A DNA stretch of 64,000 nt. Origin: Rothia sp. (in: high G+C Gram-positive bacteria) (lineage in GTDB: Bacteria > Actinomycetota > Actinomycetes > Actinomycetales > Micrococcaceae). Location of the stretch: assembly GCA_034090985.1 (NCBI GenBank), contig JAXDRN010000009.1:11563-75562 (forward strand), read 5' to 3'. Numbering within the stretch: position 1 is the stretch's first letter; every line of letters starts with the position of its first letter. Shown in pieces: positions 55,368 to 63,657 of this stretch. The notes beneath the pieces are model-generated. The model saw only the letters and a list, made by a program, of their open reading frames with translations, was not told the DNA's origin and did no database searches. The position numbers were made by a program, and so were the translations under genes.

Positions 55368-56627
55368 TTATGTTGATGGCGGCAAAGATGCCAAATATTT
55401 TGCCCAATCTTTCTGGCAGGGCATACCCATTAGATGAATATTTTTCATAGTAAAAATAGTGGCTATTAATATAAGTATGAAACACCAGATTAGAACCAAT
55501 GGTCGAGAAACATAGTACAATATAAATCCAACAAAAATTGGAGATAAAGAAGAACTTCCAAGGTTAATCAACGAAGCTGCGCTATTAACGCGCCCAATAA
55601 TGTCATCAGGGACAAGTAAGATTAAGTAACTCATTAGAATAACATTGATAGAGGGGACTAAAAAGAATATCAAAAAGGCACTTATGATATGCGCATAGTA
55701 GCTCTCTGTTAGAGAGTTTAAAATGATTTGAATTAATATTAAAAGAAATGAAGATGAGATAATTATTTTTGGTCGGAATCGATTAATAAAATAATTAGAT
55801 GCAAGTGACCCAATAAGCATGCCAGCACCCAAAGAGGCTGAGAAAAGTCCGATTTTCTGATAGTTTTCACCTTGCATCTGCATTGAGTATATATTTGTGA
55901 TCATAAATGCTGATATTGAAAAACTTACAATAACAGAGCCAATAAGAGTAGTAGATACACCCTTGGTGGTAAAAATCCATCTGAAACCGATGAGAATATT
56001 ATTCCAACTTGAAATTGAAGTTTCGGGGTTTGGTTGAAGGAACTTATTAAATGTTTTTTTCCGTAAAAGTATATTACTTAATAATGAAATTATTTCTAAA
56101 ATAAAAAGAGTTGAATAAACAAAAATAGTGCCAAAACTTACTAGTAACCCCCCTAATGGACCACCTGTTAAGGAGACAGAGGCATCCCTGGTCTGGTTAG
56201 TAGATAGAGCAGTTCCCAGCCTTTCTTCTGGTACAATATCCACTAGGGCAGCAGTGGAAGAAGAAGATGAATATCCACTACGTGCACCCATAAAAATATT
56301 TGCTATTAATAAGATAGCAAAAGATATCTCAAAAAATAACTCAAAGAAAAATAAAGATCCAGTAACAAGAAGACCCGCAATAGATGAATAGACTAAAATT
56401 TTTATTCTGTTCCATTTATCTGCGTGAATCCCCCCTATGAAATCAAAAATTCCTTCTGCTAGTACTCCTGCTGCAGCTATGAAACCAGCATAAATCGGGT
56501 TACCTGTAAGGTTCAGACAAATTAGAGGAATAATAAAGTTTCGTAGTGCTCCTAAAAGTTGTGCTGAAGTATCAGCACAGAGCCACGAAAGGTACCCTTG
56601 AACCTTTAATAATTTTTTCTCACTCAT
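55368..56627 (-). CDS. MFS exporter (MefA/EntS-like, DHA3-type)
   Basis: About 12 TM helices, motif A GGIHADKWNR, IVPEERLGTA.S, VPDDIIGRVNS; AT-rich; 5 bp downstream of the rSAM gene. Confidence 0.85.
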   Translation of the reverse strand: MSEKKLLKVQGYLSWLCADTSAQLLGALRNFIIPLICLNLTGNPIYAGFIAAAGVLAEGIFDFIGGIHADKWNRIKILVYSSIAGLLVTGSLFFFELFFEISFAILLIANIFMGARSGYSSSSSTAALVDIVPEERLGTALSTNQTRDASVSLTGGPLGGLLVSFGTIFVYSTLFILEIISLLSNILLRKKTFNKFLQPNPETSISSWNNILIGFRWIFTTKGVSTTLIGSVIVSFSISAFMITNIYSMQMQGENYQKIGLFSASLGAGMLIGSLASNYFINRFRPKIIISSSFLLILIQIILNSLTESYYAHIISAFLIFFLVPSINVILMSYLILLVPDDIIGRVNSAASLINLGSSSLSPIFVGFILYYVSRPLVLIWCFILILIATIFTMKNIHLMGMPCQKDWAKYLASLPPST

Positions 56628-56632
56628 TATCT

Positions 56633-57973
56633 TTATTTAACCCTTAAACCGCTGAGCATAGCTATATGGTCAAGACGTTTCTGAGGCGCATACTTATATG
56701 AAGGACAGGGAGAAACGTTATTATGCCATTGCTTTGGGCAGCTTCCTCCGCAAACCGGAAAAAAACTACATTTGTTACAGGGAAAATTACCCTGTTCAAT
56801 GTCAATAAGCCAGTCATCAAATTGATGTTTTGGCCTTAGCGTTGGTATTCCTAAGCTAATCAGATTTGTAAGAGAATCATTCTTTTCATGCTCAACTACT
56901 AATGGATATTCTGTGCAAGAAAATATGTTTCCGGTGGCACTAACCACTTCAGAATTTCTGGTAACAGCTGAACAAAGAACACCCATGGGGCGATCGGGGA
57001 ATACATTGTAAAAAAAACCGTATTTATTGAGATCATTAAATATATCGAGTTCAATGTTAGAAAATTCTTCTTGTGAAAGTTCAATAGATGAAATATCATT
57101 ACTCCAACTATAAATTGGTGCAATATTGAATTCGAAGCGTGGTGAAACCAAATCTTTGTCATATAGATATTTAACAAGATTTTTTATATCGCGGTAATTT
57201 CTATTGTCTAGATTTACCCGAATAATTACAACGGGCTCAACAGTAAAACGCCCGTTTTTAAATATCCTGAGGGAATCTATGATTTTATCAAAAGACCCAC
57301 CTGGTTTTTTTGATGGCCTATGACTATCATGAGTTTCTTTTGTTCCATCAATTGTAATATCAAATCGTGTAATATTACAATCATTTATAAGTGAATATAT
57401 TTTATCTTCCGTCAATAAAGATCCATTAGTTACAATATGGGCTGAATAATTGCAGGTACCTTCAGCTTCGCTTATAAATTCTTTGCTCAAATCAAGTATT
57501 GCTTTATAAGCTACGAGAGGCTCGCCTCCAAACCATCCAATTGATACAGTATTGACTGATTCAGTATTTATAGCCTCAAGAACTCTGCGTCTAACGATCT
57601 CTCTATGGTTTTTTGAAAGAGGCGATCTAAAATGACTTTGGCCGCAATAGTCACAGCCAAGGTTACACCATTGTGTTGGAAGTAGAATAAATGATCTAAA
57701 TGTGGGGTCTTCTGCGTTTAAACGTTGAAATTCTATAGCGGCATATAATTCTTCATCGTAGTTTTTATCAGTTAAAAACTTATTTTTTATGAGATAATTT
57801 TCTATATCATTAGGAATTTCTTTTAAATTCCCGCTAAGGATTTCTTCATGGTGGCTAGTTTTAATGGCGATGGATTTTGCACTCAGGGTATTATAGTATA
57901 TTTTGTAATTCTCATCTTCGCCGCCTCTTGTATATGAATTATTAGATATAATATTGTATCTACTTAATTTCAT
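56633..57973 (-). CDS. Radical SAM/SPASM-domain protein, probable RiPP maturase
   Basis: CNLGCDYC, WFGGEP, IVTNG, ITIDG; SPASM Cys array C...C...CNKC-x5-C-x3-C-x10-C; about 90-aa N-terminal extension resembling an RRE. Confidence 0.92.
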   Translation of the reverse strand: MKLSRYNIISNNSYTRGGEDENYKIYYNTLSAKSIAIKTSHHEEILSGNLKEIPNDIENYLIKNKFLTDKNYDEELYAAIEFQRLNAEDPTFRSFILLPTQWCNLGCDYCGQSHFRSPLSKNHREIVRRRVLEAINTESVNTVSIGWFGGEPLVAYKAILDLSKEFISEAEGTCNYSAHIVTNGSLLTEDKIYSLINDCNITRFDITIDGTKETHDSHRPSKKPGGSFDKIIDSLRIFKNGRFTVEPVVIIRVNLDNRNYRDIKNLVKYLYDKDLVSPRFEFNIAPIYSWSNDISSIELSQEEFSNIELDIFNDLNKYGFFYNVFPDRPMGVLCSAVTRNSEVVSATGNIFSCTEYPLVVEHEKNDSLTNLISLGIPTLRPKHQFDDWLIDIEQGNFPCNKCSFFPVCGGSCPKQWHNNVSPCPSYKYAPQKRLDHIAMLSGLRVK

Positions 57974-57996
57974 TTTATTTGGCCAATCTTAAAGGG

Positions 57997-58022
57997 GATG
58001 GGGGTGGAAAACCACCCCCATC
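57997..58022 (-). promoter_or_regulatory. GC-rich stem-loop between precursor and rSAM gene
   Basis: Perfect 11-bp stem GATGGGGGTGG-AAAA-CCACCCCCATC in AT-rich DNA. Confidence 0.7.
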
Positions 58023-58036
58023 TTGAAACCTAAAAT

Positions 58037-58141
58037 TTAGTTTTCTTCGGAATCAATCATGGTTTTTACAATAATGCAGAGACCGTTGCCTCGTCGGCCG
58101 TGTTCCTGCTGGTTTCCGTTTGACAGAGATACCTCGAGCAT
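58037..58141 (-). CDS. Putative RiPP precursor peptide, 34 aa (MLEVSLSNGNQQEHGRRGNGLCIIVKTMIDSEEN)
   Basis: AAGGAG-N5-ATG; lies directly upstream of the rSAM gene; reading frame supported by the homolog at 55169-55255; absent from the ORF track because it is under 60 aa. Confidence 0.78.
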   Translation of the reverse strand: MLEVSLSNGNQQEHGRRGNGLCIIVKTMIDSEEN

Positions 58142-58175
58142 CTTTACTCCTTAGCAATTCCAGAGGCTATTGTGC

Positions 58176-58200
58176 CCCAAGTCATATTTATGACTTGGGT
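58176..58200. promoter_or_regulatory. Operator-like palindrome upstream of the precursor
   Basis: CCCAAGTCATA-TTT-TATGACTTGGG, perfect 11-bp arms, no U-tract on either strand. Confidence 0.5.
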
Positions 58201-58254
58201 AGAGCATAGCATGATTGATGCCAATCTGGTTCTTTATGCTATCCGACACGCCGT

Positions 58255-59064
58255 GAGGGTTATTCATAAGGGGTACCCCACAGCCCAAAAGAGCAACCCA
58301 TGAACAACTGGAAACACCCGCCCATACAAGCCCAACGGACACCTGAAGCCTGTATGCAGAACCTGCCAGGTGCAACACCAGCGCGATGACCCGCTCTACC
58401 ACCGACCGTAGCTGATTGAGCACCCGATTATTTTCTTTCTGCTCCTTAGTTAGCCTCACCCCAGGCTTGCGCTTTGTCGGTATGGCCAGTCCCAAACCTA
58501 CCTAGCCCTTATCAGCCAAAGTCGAAGAATCAAGAAACTGATCTAGCCCGTGGGCTCTGAAGGGATAAGCATCATCTCTAGCTCCAGGTAACGGTTCTGT
58601 GATAGCTAAGAGCCTGCCATCGAGGGTGCAGATCACCTGATGGTTAAATCCTGCTCTTTTATACTGACCAGAGAAATTGTTTTTCCCTTGTGAGCGCCAG
58701 TTCCAGGTAGGGACAAGGGTTCGGTCAATCAGAAGAGAGCCAGGTGTTTTCAGGCTCTCTTCTCAGCTAGGGGACTAGTGGAGTGAGAGCTTTTTCTAGG
58801 GCCTGGGTCAGGGTGAGCCTGCTGGTTTTTGGTGTGGTTTGGTCTGGTTTAATCTGGTTTGGTCCAGGTGAGGTGGCTGGTGAGGGCTGTGATGAGTGTG
58901 GCGAATTGCGTAGCTGTTAGCCCGGTTGCACGCTGGTGTGGCAACAGTCTTTCCTGGTATGGTTTGAGAATATTTCTGGCGATTTATCCTCAAGATTGCC
59001 TGCAGGGTGGGGCCGTTGACTAGTTGGTGGGGGTTGGGGTGTGGACCCCTTATGAATAAGCCTC
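58255..59064 (-). mobile_element. Defective IS5-family-like (ISL2/IS1381-type) insertion sequence, 810 bp
   Basis: TIRs GAGGGTTATTCATAAGGGG / CCCCTTATGAATAAGCCTC enclosing transposase remnants. Confidence 0.8.
58270..58950 (-). pseudogene. DDE transposase pseudogene (DDE_Tnp_4-like); boundaries approximate
   Basis: Fragments TGLTATQFATLI, LLIDRTLVPTWNW, GFNHQVICTLDG, PGARDDA, LADKG*VGLG, RSVVERVIA; in-frame TGA and TAG plus frameshifts. Confidence 0.78.
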
Positions 59065-59430
59065 ATCATCGGTCAATTCAAGAACTTCGGAGCCATCGTC
59101 AATCTGGCTTTTCTTTTTGGAAGATACCCTGATTCGTCCATCCAGCCCCTCAGAGATAGTTTCATCTTCTAAAAGACCTTGTTCCTGAGCTTCGGCTACG
59201 CCACGGACGACTGTGGCATGGTGAATACCCATAACCGCGCTGATAGCTCGGGTAGACATGCCTGCTGTGGTGTACTAGGCGATAGCTGCCACCCGTTCTT
59301 CTTTGGGTGGGTTCAGTTTTCTAGGCCCGTTAATTCGTAGGTAACGTATGTGCATTCCAGCTTTTGTAGCCCCATGCTATCCAGACCTTCTTTTCGTAGG
59401 CTTCAATCACCATTCGAGCATGCTAGGAAT
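59065..59430 (-). pseudogene. Degraded HTH-containing gene of phage/integrative-element type
   Basis: Frameshifted fragments AYEKKVWIAWGYKSW and MSTRAISAVMGIHHATVVR; 3' end cut by the IS; family assignment from memory only. Confidence 0.45.
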
Positions 59431-59507
59431 CACTCTAGGAGAGCTTCTTGGAGAAGGAATTATTAACGCAAAAAATTCCCCTAGTCTCACTAGGTGGAGG
59501 AGATAAG

Positions 59508-59544
59508 AAAAACGCCCCGTTCGGTTTCAAACTAAACGGAGCGT
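59508..59544 (-). terminator. Terminator downstream of tRNA-Leu
   Basis: ACGCTCCGTT...AACGGGGCGT followed by T-run on the minus strand. Confidence 0.65.
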
Positions 59545-59553
59545 CCTATCAAG

Positions 59554-59630
59554 TGGTGCCCCCACTGGGACTCGAACCCAGAACACAAGGATTTTAAGTC
59601 CTCTGCCTCTGCCAATTGGGCTATGGGGGC
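59554..59630 (-). tRNA. tRNA-Leu (TAA)
   Basis: GCCCCCA/TGGGGGC acceptor stem, loop CTTAAAA, GGTTCGAGTCC, encoded CCA; short variable arm. Confidence 0.95.
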
Positions 59631-59698
59631 CAGCCTGGGCGCCCGCCGGGTGAAGCCCGGCGAGCGCTCTTGCTTATACATTTATACCAGAAAAGTTC

Positions 59699-61084
59699 CT
59701 AGAGCTTTGCCTTGGCCTTATCGGGTGCAGTCCCAGTTGCCTGCTGGAAGGCCAGGCGGGGTGAACGCTGGTGGCGCACAGAAGAGGTGTCCCGGCCAAA
59801 GATCTGGTTCAGGGCCCAGGTGGTCATAACCCGGGCAGTGCGCTCAGTGGTGGGGATAGCAGTGCCGTGGTAGCCGCGGTGCATCAGCCAGGCCAGGGGG
59901 CCGCCAATGGTCTTGCCCTTGAAGTTAGCAACGCCCTTCCAGAGGCCCAGGCCAGCTACAACACCAATGGTCTCGTGGTAGTAGTCGGTCAGAGCTTCGC
60001 CCCGGCGCTTGGCCAGGATGTTCTCAGCCAGCTTCAGGGCCTGGCGGGAGGCGTGCTGGGCATTAGGAACGCAGAAGCCGCCAACGCCGCCACCGGAAAG
60101 GTCGGGAACAGCAGCGTTATCGCCAGCAGCCCAGGCGTCTTCGATAACGCCTTCATCACCGGCAACCCGCAGGTCAGCCTGAACGCGAACACGGCCGCGC
60201 TCGTCAATGGGGAAGTCGGTCTCCTTGAGCATGGGGGAGGCAGCAACACCGGCAGTCCAGATCAGGGTGTCGGTATCCAGCTCACCGGCAGGTGACTTAT
60301 CGCCCATGTTGATCAGCTGCAGGTGGCCACCGGTTGCATCTGAAAGGGAGGTGTTGAGCAGAACCTCAATACCGCGAGCGCGTAGCTCTGCAACGACCTT
60401 CTCGGCCCGGTCAGCAGGAACTTCAGGCATGATGCGGGGGGCTGCCTCAACCATAACGAAGCGCAGGTCTGAGACCCGCAGGCGGTCGTTGCGACGAACA
60501 GCGGCGCGGGCCATGTCTTCAAGTTCAGAGATGGTTTCAACACCGGCAAAGCCGCCACCAACAATGACGAAGGTTAGGGCCCGGCGGCGCTCTTCTTCGT
60601 CCTGGGCGATGGAGGCTACTTCGATCCGCTCTAGAACCCAGTTGCGAACAGAAACTGCTTCTTCAACGGTCTTCATGCCAATGGCAACATCTGCCAGGCC
60701 GGGGATGGGGAAGGCGCGGGTCACGGCGCCAGCGCCTAGGACGATTTCGTCGTAGGTCAGTTCGAAGGTTTCACCGGCGTTGATGGGCTCAACGGTGGCG
60801 GTCTTCTGGGCATGGTTGATAGCGATGACTCGGCCACCGATGATTTCGGTATCACGCAGGTGCTGGCGCAGGGGAACGGTCGCGTTGCGGCCTTCCATGG
60901 AGCCAGCGGCAACCTCGGGTAGGAAGGGCTGGTAGGTCATGTAGGGGTTGGGGTCAACAACGGTCACTACGCCGCCGGTTTCCTTGATGACCTTCTGAAT
61001 CTTCTTAGCTACGGTGAAGCCAACGTAGCCGCCACCGACGATGAGGATGCGGGGGCGGTCTTGCGCGATTTTGTTAAATGCCAT
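59699..61084 (-). CDS. ndh: NAD(P)/FAD-dependent oxidoreductase (type II NADH dehydrogenase family)
   Basis: ILIVGGGYVG, VIVGGGFAGVE, IWTAGV, WAAGD; start moved to ATG 61084. Confidence 0.85.
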   Translation of the reverse strand: MAFNKIAQDRPRILIVGGGYVGFTVAKKIQKVIKETGGVVTVVDPNPYMTYQPFLPEVAAGSMEGRNATVPLRQHLRDTEIIGGRVIAINHAQKTATVEPINAGETFELTYDEIVLGAGAVTRAFPIPGLADVAIGMKTVEEAVSVRNWVLERIEVASIAQDEEERRRALTFVIVGGGFAGVETISELEDMARAAVRRNDRLRVSDLRFVMVEAAPRIMPEVPADRAEKVVAELRARGIEVLLNTSLSDATGGHLQLINMGDKSPAGELDTDTLIWTAGVAASPMLKETDFPIDERGRVRVQADLRVAGDEGVIEDAWAAGDNAAVPDLSGGGVGGFCVPNAQHASRQALKLAENILAKRRGEALTDYYHETIGVVAGLGLWKGVANFKGKTIGGPLAWLMHRGYHGTAIPTTERTARVMTTWALNQIFGRDTSSVRHQRSPRLAFQQATGTAPDKAKAKL

Positions 61085-61190
61085 GCGGGATTTTCTTCCT
61101 CTAGGGTTAGGCCCGGGGTTCGGGTAAAAAGTCGTCAAGCTAATCTTGCCACTTTAAGGGCCCTTAAGCATAGTTTTTCGCTCTAAGAAC

Positions 61191-62645
61191 TCAGCCTCTA
61201 GGTTTTTGTGGGCGTTTTGGTGGGCCTGAGTTTCTGCTGACAAGGTCCCCGAGCTGGCGGATGCTTCCGAAGGTAATAATGGCCACCCAGAGGGCGAAGG
61301 CTAGCAGGATCAGCAGGGGCAGGGTTCCGCTGCTTTCAACCGGTCGGCGGGGGGTTGGGGCTGTGGGAGCGGCCAGGGTCTCCCCCTCCTGGTGGACCGG
61401 TTCTTGGCTCAGGCTGGGGCTGGGACTGGGGGTGCTTTTCCGGTGAACTGAGATCCAGTCTTTCATGGACCCTAGGGGGTTGCTCTGGGTTTCATCTGGG
61501 GTGTTTTCGGCCAGGGCAGCGGCAGGGTTAAGGATTCCATAGCCGTAGTGGGCATCGCGCCCCTCTTCACCGGCATCGTCAGCTGAAGTGATGATTCGCT
61601 CAATAACCTGGTTGCTGGTCAGCTGGGGGTATTTTTCCATGATAAGGGCAGCTGTTCCGGCCACCAGGGGCGCTGCTGCTGAGGTGCCTGACCAGGTGGC
61701 GTACTTGTTAGAGGGGATGGCCCCAATCATGGCCTCACTGGGGGCTAGGACGGCCAGGGAGATACCTTGGGAGGAGGAGCTGAGGGACTCTTGGCCCTCT
61801 TGGTCCACCCCGCCTACGGTCAGAACTCCTGGCATGGTGGCTGGGGCCCCTACCTGGGTGAGGCCAGCGCCCCGGTTGCCTGCTGAGGCAACGATCAGAA
61901 CTCCCTTTTCTTCAGCGTAGGCGAAGGCTGAGTCCCAGGACTGGGGCCAGCTGGTGGTCTTAGAGCCAACGGAGAGGTTGATGATGTCGGCTCCCTGATC
62001 TACTGCGTAGCGGACAGCATCAGGTAGCTGCTCGTCGATGGAGCGGCTATTGGCGCTGCTGACCCCAAGTTCTAGGGAGATGGGCAGGATTTTGGCCTCA
62101 GGTGCTACCCCCATTATCCCTGCTGGCTGACCGGGCTGGCCCGGGTTGCTGGGAGTGGTTCCGTCTGCGTGGCCGTGGCCAGCTATGACGGAGGCTACAA
62201 GGGTGCCGTGTTCGGGTTCTACCCCTAGGCCCTTCCAGCCCTTATTCGCTGTGCTGGCCTTGGAAGCGTCGTAGCCGCTGAGCACGTTCGCCGCTAGGTC
62301 CTGGTGGTTCCCGTCTACCCCGGTGTCGATGACAGCTACAGTAATCCCCTTTCCGGTGGCCTCTTTCCAGAGGTTGATAAAGCCGTACTGGGTGAGCCAG
62401 TACTGGCGGGCCCGGATTGAGTCTCCAGCTGGGGGGCTGGCGCTAGCTGAGGGACTGGGGCTTGCTGAGGGGCTGGCGCTATTCCTTGCCAGGGAGCTCG
62501 CTGAGGGGCTAACCCTGGGGCTAGCTGTGCTAGTTGCCGCTGGGCTGGGGCTAGCGGAGGGGCTGACTGCCCCTGCCGGGTAGCTGAAAAGGAGAAGCAG
62601 GCAGCTGAGGATAGGTAGTAGCAGGAAGCGGAAGGAGGGGGGCAT
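61191..62645 (-). CDS. Membrane-anchored subtilisin-like S8 serine protease (mycosin-like)
   Basis: Signal peptide, VIDTGVD, HGTLVASVIAG, SAGN, GTSAAAP, C-terminal TM helix. Confidence 0.88.
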   Translation of the reverse strand: MPPSFRFLLLPILSCLLLLFSYPAGAVSPSASPSPAATSTASPRVSPSASSLARNSASPSASPSPSASASPPAGDSIRARQYWLTQYGFINLWKEATGKGITVAVIDTGVDGNHQDLAANVLSGYDASKASTANKGWKGLGVEPEHGTLVASVIAGHGHADGTTPSNPGQPGQPAGIMGVAPEAKILPISLELGVSSANSRSIDEQLPDAVRYAVDQGADIINLSVGSKTTSWPQSWDSAFAYAEEKGVLIVASAGNRGAGLTQVGAPATMPGVLTVGGVDQEGQESLSSSSQGISLAVLAPSEAMIGAIPSNKYATWSGTSAAAPLVAGTAALIMEKYPQLTSNQVIERIITSADDAGEEGRDAHYGYGILNPAAALAENTPDETQSNPLGSMKDWISVHRKSTPSPSPSLSQEPVHQEGETLAAPTAPTPRRPVESSGTLPLLILLAFALWVAIITFGSIRQLGDLVSRNSGPPKRPQKPRG

Positions 62646-62650
62646 TGGCC

Positions 62651-63610
62651 TTAGGCGAGACCTGCCCGCTGGGCTACTGAAAGGGCCAGGCCGTCAAGGA
62701 TGTCCTTTTCAGAGGTGATGGCGCTTTGGATTCGCCCGCCGCTTGCCTTACTGACCTGCTCTAGAATCCGAGCCCAAACCAGGGAGCCTGCGGGAATCAC
62801 GTCAGCCCGGCCCGGGTGCATGTAGGGCAGGGTTAGCCGCTGGGCCCGGGTCATGCCCACAAAGTCAGCTGCGGCCCGGGAAATCTGCTTCAGGCTAATC
62901 TCAGACTGGTCAATGCGGGCCGGGTCGTAGGCATCAAGGTTCAGGGCGTGGGCGGCAACGGTGGTGATGGTGCCAGCAACGCCTACTAGCCTGGTTGCTG
63001 CCGAGAAGTCAACAGTAGCCCCGGCCCTGGCGAGGGCCTGATCGGCATCTGCAATGACCCTGGCAATCTGGGTTACGCTGGCCGGGTCAGAGCTAATGTG
63101 CCGCTCGGTCATGCGCACGCAGCCAATATCAACTGACCTAGCTGCCCTAACGCCCTCTTCGTTGCCTAGAACGAACTCGGTTGAGCCACCACCTAGGTCA
63201 ACGACCAGGGTCATGTCCTGGCTGTTGCCTACAGAGGAGAGGGCCCCGGCGAAGGAAAGTTCAGCCTCTTCAGCGCCACTGATGACCTCTGGTTCAACGC
63301 CCAGGATCTGCTGGATCCCGCGGGTGAAGATGGCCCGGTTTCCGGCGTCCCGGGTGGCGCTGGTTGCAGCGAAACGTACCTGATCTACCTGGTAGCGCTC
63401 TAGTAGTTCAGCGTAGCCCCTAGCTGCCTCAAAGGTCCGGTCCAGGGATTCTTTGGCCAGCCAGCCGGTTGCGTCGACCCCCTTACCCAGGCGGACGATT
63501 TTCATCTGCCGCTCCAGATCGGTCAGCTCTAGGCCCTTCGGGCCTTCCTCTACTTCTGCAATCAGTAGGCGGATTGAGTTTGTTCCGCAGTCAATGGCTC
63601 CAACGCGCAT
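62651..63610 (-). CDS. ppx: Ppx/GppA family exopolyphosphatase
   Basis: AIDCGTNSIRLL, ATSATRDA, VDLGGGSTE, GCVRMTE, KDILDG. Confidence 0.93.
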   Translation of the reverse strand: MRVGAIDCGTNSIRLLIAEVEEGPKGLELTDLERQMKIVRLGKGVDATGWLAKESLDRTFEAARGYAELLERYQVDQVRFAATSATRDAGNRAIFTRGIQQILGVEPEVISGAEEAELSFAGALSSVGNSQDMTLVVDLGGGSTEFVLGNEEGVRAARSVDIGCVRMTERHISSDPASVTQIARVIADADQALARAGATVDFSAATRLVGVAGTITTVAAHALNLDAYDPARIDQSEISLKQISRAAADFVGMTRAQRLTLPYMHPGRADVIPAGSLVWARILEQVSKASGGRIQSAITSEKDILDGLALSVAQRAGLA

Positions 63611-63657
63611 GATCATCCTTCTTAGCTAGGTGTGGTCAAGGGCTCCTTTAGGCCCTC

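Noticed and set aside
58151-58495. 114-aa ORF as an intact gene
   Set aside because: It is the C-terminal piece of the broken transposase, frameshifting out through the TIR.
61191-62645. Type VII (ESX) secretion locus around the mycosin-like protease
   Set aside because: There are no WXG100, EccB, EccC or EccD genes nearby; the context is the ordinary DUF501-ppx-ndh region.
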